In this document: piece by piece, positions 49,661 through 59,307 of the stretch | Numbering within the stretch: position 1 is the first letter of the stretch | Layout of the letters: each line of letters begins with the position of its first letter | Assembly: GCA_046331545.1 (NCBI GenBank) | Contig: JAXLQR010000002.1 | Span: 3,247,080 to 3,311,079, forward strand | DNA from: Holophagaceae bacterium | GTDB taxonomy: Bacteria; Acidobacteriota; Holophagae; Holophagales; Holophagaceae | Direction: 5' to 3' | DNA: 64,000 nt | Position numbers and translations under genes: made by a program | Notes under the pieces: generated by a model | The model's input: the letters and a program-made list of their open reading frames with translations, nothing else | The model's database searches: none | What the model was told of the DNA's origin: nothing

Positions 49661-51403
49661 CTACTGCACGTCGCTGACGCGGCCGTTGAGGAAGGTGACC
49701 TTCAGGCTCCCGTAGACGTGGATCTTCTTGGCACCGAGGTCCACGGTGTTCTTCGGGCGGCCCAGGATGGCCTCCACCTCGGCGGGGGTCATGCCGAGGG
49801 TGACGGTGCCCGGGGCCGGGGCCTCGGCGGGGCCCTGGGCGATGACCGCCTGCTCGGCGGCGTTGGCCTCCCGGGCGGCGGCGGCCAGGTCGGCGGCGGC
49901 CTCGGGGTCGGCCTGCAGGGCGGAGGCGTAGGGCGACGGGGTGCTGCCGGCGGCGCCGGCGGGCAGGGCGGGCAGGCCCTCCTTGCCGGAGCCCTCCTGG
50001 AGCTGGGCGAGGCCCTGGTCCACGGTGGCCTGCATGTGGTTCTGCATCTCCTGGAGGTCGGCGACGCGGATGGAGAGGGCGGTGCCCCTGGGGCAGACGG
50101 CATTGCGGCTGGCCATCACCCACACGTCGGCCCACTCGGCGGTGGGGGAGGGCGTCTGGAGGACCTGGAGGACGTCGCCCTCCACCAGGGCGCATTCGTC
50201 GATGCCCACGTGGGCGGTGATGGGCGTGTTCACGAGGAAGACCCGGGGGCCCTTCGCGCTGAAGATGGCGGGGGCCTCCGTGGCGCTCATGGCGCTCTGG
50301 GCGGGGGCCCGCCCGTAGCGCTCCTCCTCCATCCGGGCCTCGTCCATCTGGCGGCGCACTTCGTCGGCGATGGCCTGCTTCACCTCCGGGGTCAGCGGCG
50401 TGGCGGTGCCGTAGGCGACCGGGGGCGCGGCGCTGCTGGCGTTCTGGGCGACGAAGGCGGCCTCCAGGGTGGTGGCGATGAGGAAGTCGGCGAGCCAGAG
50501 GGAGGGGCTGCCGTAGGTGGGATAGGGGGTGAAGTAGCCGCCGTAGTAGCCGTACCAGGGCCGGGCCTCCCAGCCCCAGCGCCAGCGCACCGGGTGGGCC
50601 CAGGGGCGGTAGACCCAGGTGTAGAAGGCCGGCCGGTAGTAGCGGGGCCGCGCGTAGACGGGGTAGGTGAAGGCGCCGTAGGTCCAGGGCCGGTAGAGCC
50701 GGGGATGGGCCACGCCGTTCAGGACGTAGGTCCGCTGCACGAGGGTGACGTTGCGGATGACCACGGGGCGCTGGACGTACCCCGCGCGGCCGGTGGCGTT
50801 GGCGACGATGACCCGGTTGCCGGGCCGGGTGACCTCGACGATGCGGGTGCCGGTGGCGGTGTGGCGGATGACGGCGCCGGCGGGGGTGCGGACCTCGCGG
50901 ATGGCGCCGGCGGGAGTGCGGTGGATCTCGGCGCCCTCCCGGGTGCGCACGACGACGCGGGGCGGCGCGATCCGGGCGGCGGGGGCGGGCGTCGGGGCGG
51001 GCATGGGCCGGGGGACCGGCGCGGGCCGGAGTTCAGGCCGGGGCGTCTCCCGGCGGGGCTCCGGGCGGATCTCAGGCCGGAACTCGGGCCGGGGCTGCGT
51101 CCGGGGCTCGGGCCGGGCGTCGCGGCGCTCGTCCCGGTGCTCCTGGCGCTCCTGGCGGACGTCGCGGCGCTGCTCCTGCCGCTGCTCGTGCCGCTCCTGG
51201 CGGGCCTCCTGCTTCTGCTCCCGCTTCTCCTCCCGCTTCTCCTGCCGGGCCTCCACCTTCCGGGGCTCGGGCCGGTGCTTGTCCTTGTCCTTGTCGTCCC
51301 CGGCGGAGGCGAAGGTCCCGGCGGCGAGGGCCAGGGTCAGGGCGCCGAGGCGGAGGGAGCGCAGGCTCCCGGACGGGATGGGGGCGAGGATGCGCGTGGC
51401 CAT
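49661..51403 (-). CDS. Secreted hypothetical protein with an RE/RQ-rich charged repeat tract, a Pro-rich linker and a Tyr/Trp/Arg-rich domain
   Basis: Signal peptide MATRILAPIPSGSLRSLRLGALTLALAAGTFASAG. The artefactual 1090 aa ORF is trimmed to this start. QEKREEKREQKQEARQERHEQRQEQRRDVRQERQEHRDERRD tract. YRPWTYGAFTYPVYARPRYYRPAFYTWVYRPWAHPVRWRWGWEARPWYGYYGGYFTPYPTYG segment. C-terminal BamE/SmpA-like-looking module. Confidence 0.6.
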   Translation of the reverse strand: MATRILAPIPSGSLRSLRLGALTLALAAGTFASAGDDKDKDKHRPEPRKVEARQEKREEKREQKQEARQERHEQRQEQRRDVRQERQEHRDERRDARPEPRTQPRPEFRPEIRPEPRRETPRPELRPAPVPRPMPAPTPAPAARIAPPRVVVRTREGAEIHRTPAGAIREVRTPAGAVIRHTATGTRIVEVTRPGNRVIVANATGRAGYVQRPVVIRNVTLVQRTYVLNGVAHPRLYRPWTYGAFTYPVYARPRYYRPAFYTWVYRPWAHPVRWRWGWEARPWYGYYGGYFTPYPTYGSPSLWLADFLIATTLEAAFVAQNASSAAPPVAYGTATPLTPEVKQAIADEVRRQMDEARMEEERYGRAPAQSAMSATEAPAIFSAKGPRVFLVNTPITAHVGIDECALVEGDVLQVLQTPSPTAEWADVWVMASRNAVCPRGTALSIRVADLQEMQNHMQATVDQGLAQLQEGSGKEGLPALPAGAAGSTPSPYASALQADPEAAADLAAAAREANAAEQAVIAQGPAEAPAPGTVTLGMTPAEVEAILGRPKNTVDLGAKKIHVYGSLKVTFLNGRVSDVQ

Positions 51404-51492
51404 GGCCGGTCCTTTCGGATCCCGCGCGGGATCGGGGCTTGGAATGGGGACACGGTACCACCGGGAAAGGTTGGGGGCCTGCCCGGGAAGGC

Positions 51493-52941
51493 CTAGTACT
51501 GTCCGTAGCGCCCCTTCACGGAGTCGAAGAGCTTTGCGGGGTCGTAGCCGACGCCGTCCTTGAAGACCAGCTCCACCTTCTCGAGGTCCTCGATGGTGGC
51601 GGCGGGGTTGCCGCGCACGACCATGAGGTCGGCGTCGAAGCCCGGGGCGACGGAGCCGATGCGGTGCTCGAGGCCCAGGAACGTCGCGCCGTTGTGGGTG
51701 GCGATGCGGATCGCCTCCACGGGGCTGAAGCCGGCCTCCACGAGGAGCTCCACCTGGCGCCAGTCGCTGATGCCGGGGATGGTGCCGCCGTTGCCGGTGG
51801 GGTCGCAGCCGGCGAGGAGGAGGCCGCCGGCGGCGACGAAGGCGCGCTCGAGGGCCATGGCGCGCTTGAAGATGGCGGTGGGACCGTCCGGCGGCCTCGA
51901 CGCGATGCGGTTGCGGGCATAGAGGAAGGCCTCCCGGGCCTGGGGGCTCAAGACCTCGAGGGCGAGGGGCCGCAGGGGCGGGCGGTTGGGGACCATGTGC
52001 TCGAAGACGGGCAGGGTGGAGGTGACGGCGATATGGTTCGCGATGAGCTTGGCGAAGAGGGCCTTGGCCACGGGGCCCTCGGGGTCCATGGCCATGGGCG
52101 TGGTGCCCAGGGGCGCGCTGGAGGCCTTGTCGGGGACCTTGCCGGGGTCGAGCTGGGTGTTGACGATGAAGCCGTGCTCCAGGTCGTCGATGCCCAGGTC
52201 GGCGGCCTCGTCGTAGGTGACGGAGCTGAGGTGGCCGGTGACCTTGAGGCCCCGGGCGTGGGCGGCCTCGATGGCGGCCTTCAGCTCGGCCCGGGTGATG
52301 TTCATGTAGGCCTTGAAGGAGGTGGCCCCCGCGTCGGCCCAGAAGTTGACGAAGGCCCTGGCGTCGTCGGGGCCCTTCAGCGGGTGCATCTGCATGAAGG
52401 GGCTGCCCGCGCCTTCGAGGTAGGGCGCGGTGACGTGGATGTGGGGCCCCGGCAGCTTCCCGTCGTCCACGAGGCGCTTGAGGTTGAGGTCCGCGTAGGG
52501 CTCCACGCTGCCCGTGGTGCGGATGGTGGTGACGCCCGCCGCGAGGTACAGCCGCGGCGCCGAGAAGGTCATCTGCGGCACCAGCAGCGGCGCATCCGAC
52601 GACGCGTCCGCCTTCATGTTCGGCCGCGCGATGTGGAAGAGGTGGTCGTGCATCCCCACCAGCCCCGGCAACACCGTCGCGCCGCGCAGGTCCAGCACCG
52701 TCTGGTTGGGAGCCGCAGCCACGTCCGCGCCTGGCGAGATGGAGGCGATCTTCCCTCCCTCGAGGACCACATTGCGGTCCTCCATCGGAGGATTGCCCAG
52801 GCCGTCGATCACGCGCACGTGGGTGAGCACCACCCGGGGGGAATCGATCTTGATGTAGCGGGCGACGTCGGGGGAGGGTTGGGCTAGGAGGGCGCCGGAC
52901 AGTAGAGATGAAATCAAAAATGAACGAAGACAATATTTCAT
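51493..52941 (-). CDS. Secreted amidohydrolase family protein (metal-dependent hydrolase)
   Basis: Signal peptide. PGLVGMHDHL metal-binding HxH motif. Amidohydro fold through the C-terminus. 482 aa. The first 12 codons are AT-rich. Confidence 0.8.
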   Translation of the reverse strand: MKYCLRSFLISSLLSGALLAQPSPDVARYIKIDSPRVVLTHVRVIDGLGNPPMEDRNVVLEGGKIASISPGADVAAAPNQTVLDLRGATVLPGLVGMHDHLFHIARPNMKADASSDAPLLVPQMTFSAPRLYLAAGVTTIRTTGSVEPYADLNLKRLVDDGKLPGPHIHVTAPYLEGAGSPFMQMHPLKGPDDARAFVNFWADAGATSFKAYMNITRAELKAAIEAAHARGLKVTGHLSSVTYDEAADLGIDDLEHGFIVNTQLDPGKVPDKASSAPLGTTPMAMDPEGPVAKALFAKLIANHIAVTSTLPVFEHMVPNRPPLRPLALEVLSPQAREAFLYARNRIASRPPDGPTAIFKRAMALERAFVAAGGLLLAGCDPTGNGGTIPGISDWRQVELLVEAGFSPVEAIRIATHNGATFLGLEHRIGSVAPGFDADLMVVRGNPAATIEDLEKVELVFKDGVGYDPAKLFDSVKGRYGQY

Positions 52942-54434
52942 CTATACTCCGTTGAAAGAAATTAGCTTAGGGGTATTAGTTTGATATATGACATATTCAT
53001 CTTTAAATTGTCAGTAATAATTCAATGGGATTATCTTGGCCAATATGAATTCCTAACCCCTCAAATAAAAGAATTAAAATAGGGACGAGTGTTGAGGCCG
53101 GAAATGGAATTATCTCTTCCGAATTAGATTTGAAATAATCTTGCATTTCTAGAGGTAAAAGATATGACTTCTTTATATGAGTTGGGATCTGCAATGAATT
53201 CTCGAGAAGTATTGGAATCCCGTATTTTTTGCAGTGCTCAAAATATTGTGGCTTATCAATATACGGACATTTGCCCCCTGTGTTTGTTGTTTTAACAGCA
53301 CAAAGTAAGTCTCTATGGTCCATCGTTCTTTTTTTAATATCAATTATGGTATTTAGGAAGCAGGAAAGGATGACTCCTACTTGCGTTAGATCTAATATTT
53401 TAAGATCTTCGCTCTTTTTAATATCCACCATTGTTATAAGTTCTTTTTTGTGTTTGAATCTAGGATCCTTCATGTACCCATCGATCGAGAAACTATTAAT
53501 GGGTATTGAGATTTTAAATCTCCCATTATGCCAAAAGCGCAGCGTTGGGAGGAAGTAGTAAAAGTGGTTTTCTTGGACATACCTAGCTGTGAACCCATAT
53601 TTAGATGGGAAAACATGGTCAAAGTTGAGGGAGAACGGAGTCTTTCTCTCGCAACAAATAGTTTTGAAGTCATCAATCTTTATTTGATTGAGACTGCTTT
53701 CATCCGAGCTTTGTGGGAGAAGATAGATGTGTAAAATCGAGTCTTCTGATTGCTTTTTATGCAAATGTGGGGAATCATCAATAAATTGCTTTAATAGTGT
53801 ATCGGCGCTTGCACTTTTATCGAACAGCCTGTCGATTGCGTACCTGTTTGTTTCGGCCTCCGGCTTCGAGTGATCCGCAGTTCTTTTATATATTCGCCCA
53901 GATGAGTGCACATAGGGCGGTTCCTCTCCTTCACTTATTTTAACGATCAATATGTATTTATCCGCATCTAATTCAATCTCAGCGCATGGGCCTTTAATAG
54001 TCTTTGTTTCAAAATATACCGTAGGGAATGAATGAGCACTTGAAGCTTCTCTAAGTCGAGTGAGCAACGTGTCTAAAACTTCTCCGTTGATCCCTATAAA
54101 TTTATCAGCGGCATGAGTCGCGGTGTGTTCTTTGATTCCAAAAAAAATCCATCCGCCATAAGTGTTGGCGAAAGATGTTAAATGTTTGGCGATATCTTTA
54201 AGGTCAATCAGATCTTGCTTGTAATCAATGTACCAACCTTCTGAGACCTCTTTCAAGACATGCAAATCCCTGGATTCTACCTCGTGCAAGGGTTTTCGGA
54301 AGGGATCCAGCATTGGTGTATCTATTGAGAATTTAAGATAACCCCATTCATATTGTTATAGATAGCTTGATTAGATCGGGGGATTTGAATGTCTTGCGTC
54401 GGACAATCATGGCGAATGTGTTTGGCTCGTCCAT
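52905..54434. mobile_element. AT-rich horizontally acquired island (about 1.5 kb, roughly 35% GC against roughly 70% in the flanks)
   Basis: Abrupt composition change at about 52905 and at the nrdJ stop (54435). A single gene inside. No integrase, tRNA or clear direct repeats found. Confidence 0.7.
53003..54313 (-). CDS. AlbA_2 / Schlafen-like domain protein with an unknown C-terminal region (candidate defence or toxin gene)
   Basis: 436 aa. N-terminal ESRDLHVLKEVSEGWYIDY...IAKHLTSFANTYGGWIFFGIKEH fits the AlbA_2 (divergent AAA / Slfn-box) consensus E..lEfK......iak.isAfANt.GG.l..Gv.d. Low-GC codon usage unlike every other gene in the window. Confidence 0.65.
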   Translation of the reverse strand: MLDPFRKPLHEVESRDLHVLKEVSEGWYIDYKQDLIDLKDIAKHLTSFANTYGGWIFFGIKEHTATHAADKFIGINGEVLDTLLTRLREASSAHSFPTVYFETKTIKGPCAEIELDADKYILIVKISEGEEPPYVHSSGRIYKRTADHSKPEAETNRYAIDRLFDKSASADTLLKQFIDDSPHLHKKQSEDSILHIYLLPQSSDESSLNQIKIDDFKTICCERKTPFSLNFDHVFPSKYGFTARYVQENHFYYFLPTLRFWHNGRFKISIPINSFSIDGYMKDPRFKHKKELITMVDIKKSEDLKILDLTQVGVILSCFLNTIIDIKKRTMDHRDLLCAVKTTNTGGKCPYIDKPQYFEHCKKYGIPILLENSLQIPTHIKKSYLLPLEMQDYFKSNSEEIIPFPASTLVPILILLFEGLGIHIGQDNPIELLLTI

Positions 54435-57400
54435 TCATGAGCACCCCGTCGTAGCCCCGCACGTCTGGCACTTCATGCACGCGCCATTCCGCACCAGCGT
54501 CAGATGCCCGCACTCGGGGCAGGGATCGCCGGTGTAGCCCTTCTCCCTTGCGGCCTGGATGGCGCTCTTGGCGGTGGCACCGGCCACGGTGCGGTGGCTG
54601 ACGGCGACGAGGGCGGGGGCGGGGGACACCGGGGCCGCGGGGGCGGTCATGTCGCCGGCGTTGAAGAGGGGGGTCATGCCGCCTTCGGCCGCGGGCGCCT
54701 CGGTGGCCAACCCCGGCGCGTGGCTGACGGGCTTGGTGGTGAGGTGCATGAGCTGCTCAGGCTCCACCTGGGCCAGCTCGTAGCGGCCGAGGTACGAGAT
54801 CGCCAGCTCGCGGAAGACGAAGTCGATGATGCTGGTGCTGAACTTCACCGTGTCGCTGCCCTGCACGAGGCCGTTGGGCTCGAAGCGCGTGAACAGGAAG
54901 GCGTCGCAGTACTCCTCCAGCGGCACCCCGTGCTGCAGGCCCATGCTCACCGCGATGGCGAAGCAGTTCAGCACCGCGCGGAAGGCCGCGCCCTCCTTGT
55001 GGATGTCCAGGAAGATCTCGCCCAGCTGGCCGTCCTCGTACTCGCCGGTGCGCAGGTACATCTTCGTCCCGCCCACCGTCGCGCTCTGGGTGTAGCCGCC
55101 CCGGCGGTTCGGCAGCTTCTTGCGGTAGGTGCGCACGATCTGGTTGGAGAGCGCCTGGGTCTGGGCGACGGCCATCGCCGCCACCTTCTCCGCCTTCGGC
55201 GCCGCCTCGTCCTGCAGCGTCTCGCTCGCCTCGGCCCCGTCCAGCAGGTCCAGGTTCGTCGCCATGGCTTGGCTCATCTTCGAGCCGTCGCGGTAGAGGG
55301 CCACCGCCTTCAGCATCAGCTTCCAGCTCGCCTCGTAGACGTCGGCGACGTCCTTCACCGTGCTCTCGGCCGGCAGGTTGATCGTCTTGCTGATCGCCCC
55401 GGACAGGAACGGCTGCGCCGACGCCATCATCCGCAGGTGGCCCAGGGGCGCGATGTAGCGCTGGCCCGTGCGGCCGCACTTGTTGGCGCAGTCGAAGATG
55501 GGCAGGTGCTCCGCCTTCAGGTGCGGCGCCCCCTCCACCGTCATCGTCCCGCTCAGCGCCGCCAGGAAGGCCTTCACCTGGTCCGCGCCGAACTGCTGGT
55601 TCAGCTTCTCCATGGGCAGCACGAAGCTCGGGTCGAAGGCCGTGGGCAGCTTCGCCTCGATGGCGGCCAGCTCCTCCTCCGTCCAGCCCTTGGCCAGGAA
55701 CTCCCTGCGCGTGATGCCCGGCGTCGCGTCGCTCAGCTCCTGCCAGCCCACCACGTGGCGCTCGATGTCCTTGATCTGCGAGGGCGTGTAGCCCAGGCGC
55801 ATCAGGGCCTCGGGGATGGCGCCGTTGACCAGCTTGAAGTAGCCGCCGCCCGCCAGCTTCTTGAACTTCACCAGGGCGAAGTCCGGCTCCACGCCCGTGG
55901 TGTCGCAGTCCATCAGCAGGCCGATGGTGCCCGTGGGGGCCAGCACCGTCACCTGGGCGTTGCGGTAGCCGTGGGCCTCGCCCAGCAGCAGGGCGCGGTC
56001 CCAGCTCTCCCGCGCCGCGTCCAGGATGGACTTCGGCACCCCGGCGCCGTGGAGGCCCTGGGGCTTCACCGAGAGGCCCTCGTACTCGGCCTCCGGCGCG
56101 TTGTAGGCCGCCCGGCGGTGGTTGCGCACCACTCGGAGCATATGGTCGCGGTTGGGGGCGTACTTGGGGAAGGGGCCGAGCTCCGCGGCCATCTCGGCGG
56201 ACGCGGCGTAGGCGTCGCCGGTGAGGATCGCCGTCAGCGCGCCGCACCACTGGGTGCCCTCCACGCTGTCGTAGGGGATGCCCAGGCGCATCAGCATCGC
56301 GCCCAGGTTCGCGTAGCCCAGGCCCAGGGTGCGGAAGTCGTAGCTGAGCTGCGCGATGGCCTCCGACGGGAACTGGGCCATCAGCACCGAGATCTCCAGC
56401 ACCACCGTCCAGAGGCGGATGCCGTGGCGGTAGCCCTCCAGGTCGAAGCCGCCGTCCGCCGTGAGGAAGGTGCAGAGGTTCAGCGACGCGAGGTTGCACG
56501 CCGTGTCGTCCAGGAACATGTACTCCGAGCAGGGGTTCGACGCGTTGATGCGGCCGTGCTCGGGGCAGGTGTGCCAGTCGTTGATGGTGGTGTCGAACTG
56601 CAGGCCGGGGTCGGCGCAGGACCAGGCGGCGTAGTTGACCTTCTTCCAGAGGTCCTTGGCGCGGAGCTTCTTCGAGACCTTGCCGTCCACCCGGCGCTTC
56701 AGCTCCCAGTCGCCGTCCTGCTCCAGGGCGCGCATGAAGGCGTCGGGCACCCGCACCGAGTTGTTGGAGTTCATGCCGCCCACGGTGTAGTAGGCGTCGC
56801 CGTCCCAGGAGGTGTCGTAGCCCGCGATGTCGCGGTCGAAGTCGCCGTCGGCCAGGCGGGAGAGGCACTGGCTGAGGAAGGCCGCCGGCACGCCCTCCTT
56901 CTTGGCCTGCTGCAGGGCCTTCTTCAGGGCGCCGTTGGTCTTCGGGTCGGCGTCGCCGTGGGTGTTGCCCTCCACCGCCTCGCACAGGGCGTTCCAGGTG
57001 CGCTTCAGCAGGATGCTGCCCGCGGCGATCATGGCCACCTTGCGCTCCTCGAGGACCTTCCAGTCCACGAAGGCCTCGATGTCGGGGTGGTCCAGGTCGA
57101 GGCAGACCATCTTCGCGGCGCGGCGGGTGGTGCCGCCGCTCTTGATGGCGCCCGCGGCCTTGTCGCCCACCGCCAGGAAGCTCATCAGGCCCGAGCTGCG
57201 GCCGCCGCCCGAGAGCGGCTCCTCGGCGCCGCGGATGCGGGAGAAGTTGGAGCCCGTCCCCGAGCCGTACTTGAAGATGCGGGCCTCGCGGGTCCAGAGG
57301 TCCATGATGCCGCCCTCGTTCACGAGGTCGTCGCTCACGCTCTGGATGAAGCAGGCGTGGGGCTGGGGCCGCTCGTAGGCCGACGTGGACTTCATCATGG

Positions 57401-57854
57401 CGCCGGTCTTCGGGTCCACGTAGCTGTGGCCCTGGGCCGGGCCCGAGATGCCGTAGGCGTAGTGCAGGCCGGTGTTGAACCACTGCGGGCTGTTGGGCGC
57501 GCACATCTGCCGGGCGAGCATGTAGGTCAGCTCGTCGTAGAAGGCCTGGGCGTCCTCGGGGGTGTCGAAGTAGCCGTGGGACTCGCCCCACATGCGCCAG
57601 CAGCCCGCGAGGCGGTGGAAGACCTGCCGCGCGTCCTTCTCGCCGTTGTTCTGCGCGTCGGTGCCCTTCCGGCGGAAGTACTTCTGGGCCAGGATGTCCA
57701 CCGCCACCTGGGACCAGGACTCGGGCACCAGCACGTCCCTGGCCTCGAAGACCACGGTGCCGTCCAGCTTGGTGATGCGGGAGGTCCTCGGCACGAAGGG
57801 GATGTCCTTGAGGGGATCCTGGCCCTGGGAAGTGAAGTGGCGCGCGATCTTCAT
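54435..57854 (-). CDS. nrdJ: Class II (adenosylcobalamin-dependent) ribonucleoside-diphosphate reductase NrdJ
   Basis: 1139 aa. RNR active-site regions, NPCSEY and an ACNLASLNL-type motif. C-terminal Cys-rich tail [22 protein letters not shown]. Start trimmed to MKIARHF. Confidence 0.92.
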   Translation of the reverse strand: MKIARHFTSQGQDPLKDIPFVPRTSRITKLDGTVVFEARDVLVPESWSQVAVDILAQKYFRRKGTDAQNNGEKDARQVFHRLAGCWRMWGESHGYFDTPEDAQAFYDELTYMLARQMCAPNSPQWFNTGLHYAYGISGPAQGHSYVDPKTGAMMKSTSAYERPQPHACFIQSVSDDLVNEGGIMDLWTREARIFKYGSGTGSNFSRIRGAEEPLSGGGRSSGLMSFLAVGDKAAGAIKSGGTTRRAAKMVCLDLDHPDIEAFVDWKVLEERKVAMIAAGSILLKRTWNALCEAVEGNTHGDADPKTNGALKKALQQAKKEGVPAAFLSQCLSRLADGDFDRDIAGYDTSWDGDAYYTVGGMNSNNSVRVPDAFMRALEQDGDWELKRRVDGKVSKKLRAKDLWKKVNYAAWSCADPGLQFDTTINDWHTCPEHGRINASNPCSEYMFLDDTACNLASLNLCTFLTADGGFDLEGYRHGIRLWTVVLEISVLMAQFPSEAIAQLSYDFRTLGLGYANLGAMLMRLGIPYDSVEGTQWCGALTAILTGDAYAASAEMAAELGPFPKYAPNRDHMLRVVRNHRRAAYNAPEAEYEGLSVKPQGLHGAGVPKSILDAARESWDRALLLGEAHGYRNAQVTVLAPTGTIGLLMDCDTTGVEPDFALVKFKKLAGGGYFKLVNGAIPEALMRLGYTPSQIKDIERHVVGWQELSDATPGITRREFLAKGWTEEELAAIEAKLPTAFDPSFVLPMEKLNQQFGADQVKAFLAALSGTMTVEGAPHLKAEHLPIFDCANKCGRTGQRYIAPLGHLRMMASAQPFLSGAISKTINLPAESTVKDVADVYEASWKLMLKAVALYRDGSKMSQAMATNLDLLDGAEASETLQDEAAPKAEKVAAMAVAQTQALSNQIVRTYRKKLPNRRGGYTQSATVGGTKMYLRTGEYEDGQLGEIFLDIHKEGAAFRAVLNCFAIAVSMGLQHGVPLEEYCDAFLFTRFEPNGLVQGSDTVKFSTSIIDFVFRELAISYLGRYELAQVEPEQLMHLTTKPVSHAPGLATEAPAAEGGMTPLFNAGDMTAPAAPVSPAPALVAVSHRTVAGATAKSAIQAAREKGYTGDPCPECGHLTLVRNGACMKCQTCGATTGCS

Positions 57855-58249
57855 GCGATGCCTCAGGCTGGGGGACCGGCGGGGGTGGGGCGCAGGTCCG
57901 GCAAGGGTGGGGATGGGTACTGAAAGATCGGTTCCGGGCGGCACAAAACCCACCCTCCGGTCAAGGGAGGGCGAAGGTGCGGCTGGGCGTTATGGACCTC
58001 AAGGGGTTGTGCCGGAGTCAAAGCATCACCCCAAGATCTGGGGGTGTCAAGGGAGCCCCATACGGAATTTTCCACCCCTCCGGCAACCTCCGGATCTTCA
58101 GCACTTGTCGAGTCCGGAAGACCCCCTCGGATGGTTGGAAACCCGCGCTGCCGCTATATTGGATCCAAGCCGGGCCCCATGCATCGGGGTGCGATGAACC
58201 GGGTCAGGTCGGAAGAAGCAGCCCTAAGTCGTCGCCTCGAGTGCCGTGG

Positions 58250-59125
58250 TCAGCCCGGCCCTTTCGCGCCTGCGGCGCGAACGGGCCGGGCCGGCGTGTC
58301 GCGGCCCGCCTTGCACACGCCCACCAGCGGGCAGGGCCGGCAGCCCGGCAGGCTCCGCACCCCCGGGCAGTCCCCGAGGATGCCGAGGTGCGACAGGGCG
58401 AAGTCGTAGGCCAGGGGATCGTCGGGGTCCCGCCGGCGCAGGGCCCGCGTGACCTCCGCGGCCATCTTCCCGTCCGGGGTGGCGCGGCGGCTGAGGCCGA
58501 TGAAGCGGGCCACCCGCGCCACGTGGGTGTCGAGGGGGATCACCAGGGCGTCCAGCGGGTAGCGCCTCCAGACGCCCAGGTCGGGCCAGCCCCGGCGCAC
58601 CATCCACCGGAGGAACATCCGCCAGCGCTTGCACGCCGAGCCCTCCAGGGGATCGGGCAGGTTGAAGCGCAGGCCATGGGTGTCCGGCAGCTCCGCGCGA
58701 AGCCGGCGCACCAAACGCGAGAGGGCCGCGTCCGCGTCCCCGCCTTCCCCGGGCAGCAGGTGCGCCTCGAGGCCGTGCCCGCTCTCGCGGTCGAGGACCG
58801 CCCAGGCCCCCATCCACCAGGCCAGGTCCTCGCCGGTGTGGAAGCGCCAGGCCCAGCCCGCGAGCGCGGCCTCGAGGTCCTTCCGGCCGCGCCCGGGGCC
58901 GCGCTCCCGCAGCCACGCGGCGGGCCGCGGCCCCAGGGGCGCCAGGGCCGCCTCGATGGCCCGGAGCATCGGCGCCACGCGGCCATAGGCAAGGTGGGCC
59001 GCCAGGAAGGCCGCCGCCTCCTGGTCGAGGGGATCCTCGAAGCGCCGGGGGATGGCGAGGGGATCCAGGGCCAGGGCCTCGGGCGTCTCGTAGCGGGCCC
59101 GCAGGGCCAGGAGCTTGGCCTTCAT
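58250..59125 (-). CDS. TIGR02757/DUF2400-like protein (possible HhH-GPD-related)
   Basis: Contains GSACKRWRMFLRWMVRR. I recall this as the hallmark of the TIGR02757 family, with moderate certainty. About 291 aa. Confidence 0.45.
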   Translation of the reverse strand: MKAKLLALRARYETPEALALDPLAIPRRFEDPLDQEAAAFLAAHLAYGRVAPMLRAIEAALAPLGPRPAAWLRERGPGRGRKDLEAALAGWAWRFHTGEDLAWWMGAWAVLDRESGHGLEAHLLPGEGGDADAALSRLVRRLRAELPDTHGLRFNLPDPLEGSACKRWRMFLRWMVRRGWPDLGVWRRYPLDALVIPLDTHVARVARFIGLSRRATPDGKMAAEVTRALRRRDPDDPLAYDFALSHLGILGDCPGVRSLPGCRPCPLVGVCKAGRDTPARPVRAAGAKGPG

Positions 59126-59307
59126 GGCGCGGGGAATGGAGGAGCCGGAGGCATGGACCATTGTGACGGATCCCCGCTGCGCGGCACCTGCCCGGGCCTA
59201 CCTGGAGTCGGGCCGAGGAATCGCCTTGGCGGGCCTGGCATCGGCCGGTATTCTGGAGCGCTGGCCCGTCCCCCTGAACCCGGCGGCCGCAGGAGATCCC
59301 CCCACCC

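Noticed and set aside
49661-52933. A single 1090 aa ORF spanning the secreted RE/aromatic-rich protein and the amidohydrolase region.
   Set aside because: The upstream two-thirds are an alternate frame of the amidohydrolase gene. A signal peptide begins at the internal MATRILAP (51403), which is the sensible start.
52905-54434. Flanking direct repeats, integrase or tRNA marking the AT-rich island as a classical genomic island or prophage.
   Set aside because: Only weak, non-identical similarity between the two edges (tagctt..attag..gggg). No recombinase or tRNA gene in the window. The acquisition mechanism is left open.
54322-54513. 63 aa ORF at the right edge of the island.
   Set aside because: It overlaps the 3' end of nrdJ on the same strand in another frame. 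It is most likely spurious.
57855-58249. Cobalamin riboswitch upstream of nrdJ.
   Set aside because: B12 riboswitches normally control B12-independent isozymes, not the AdoCbl-dependent NrdJ. I could not see the conserved B12-box. I kept the region only as a long structured leader of unknown type.
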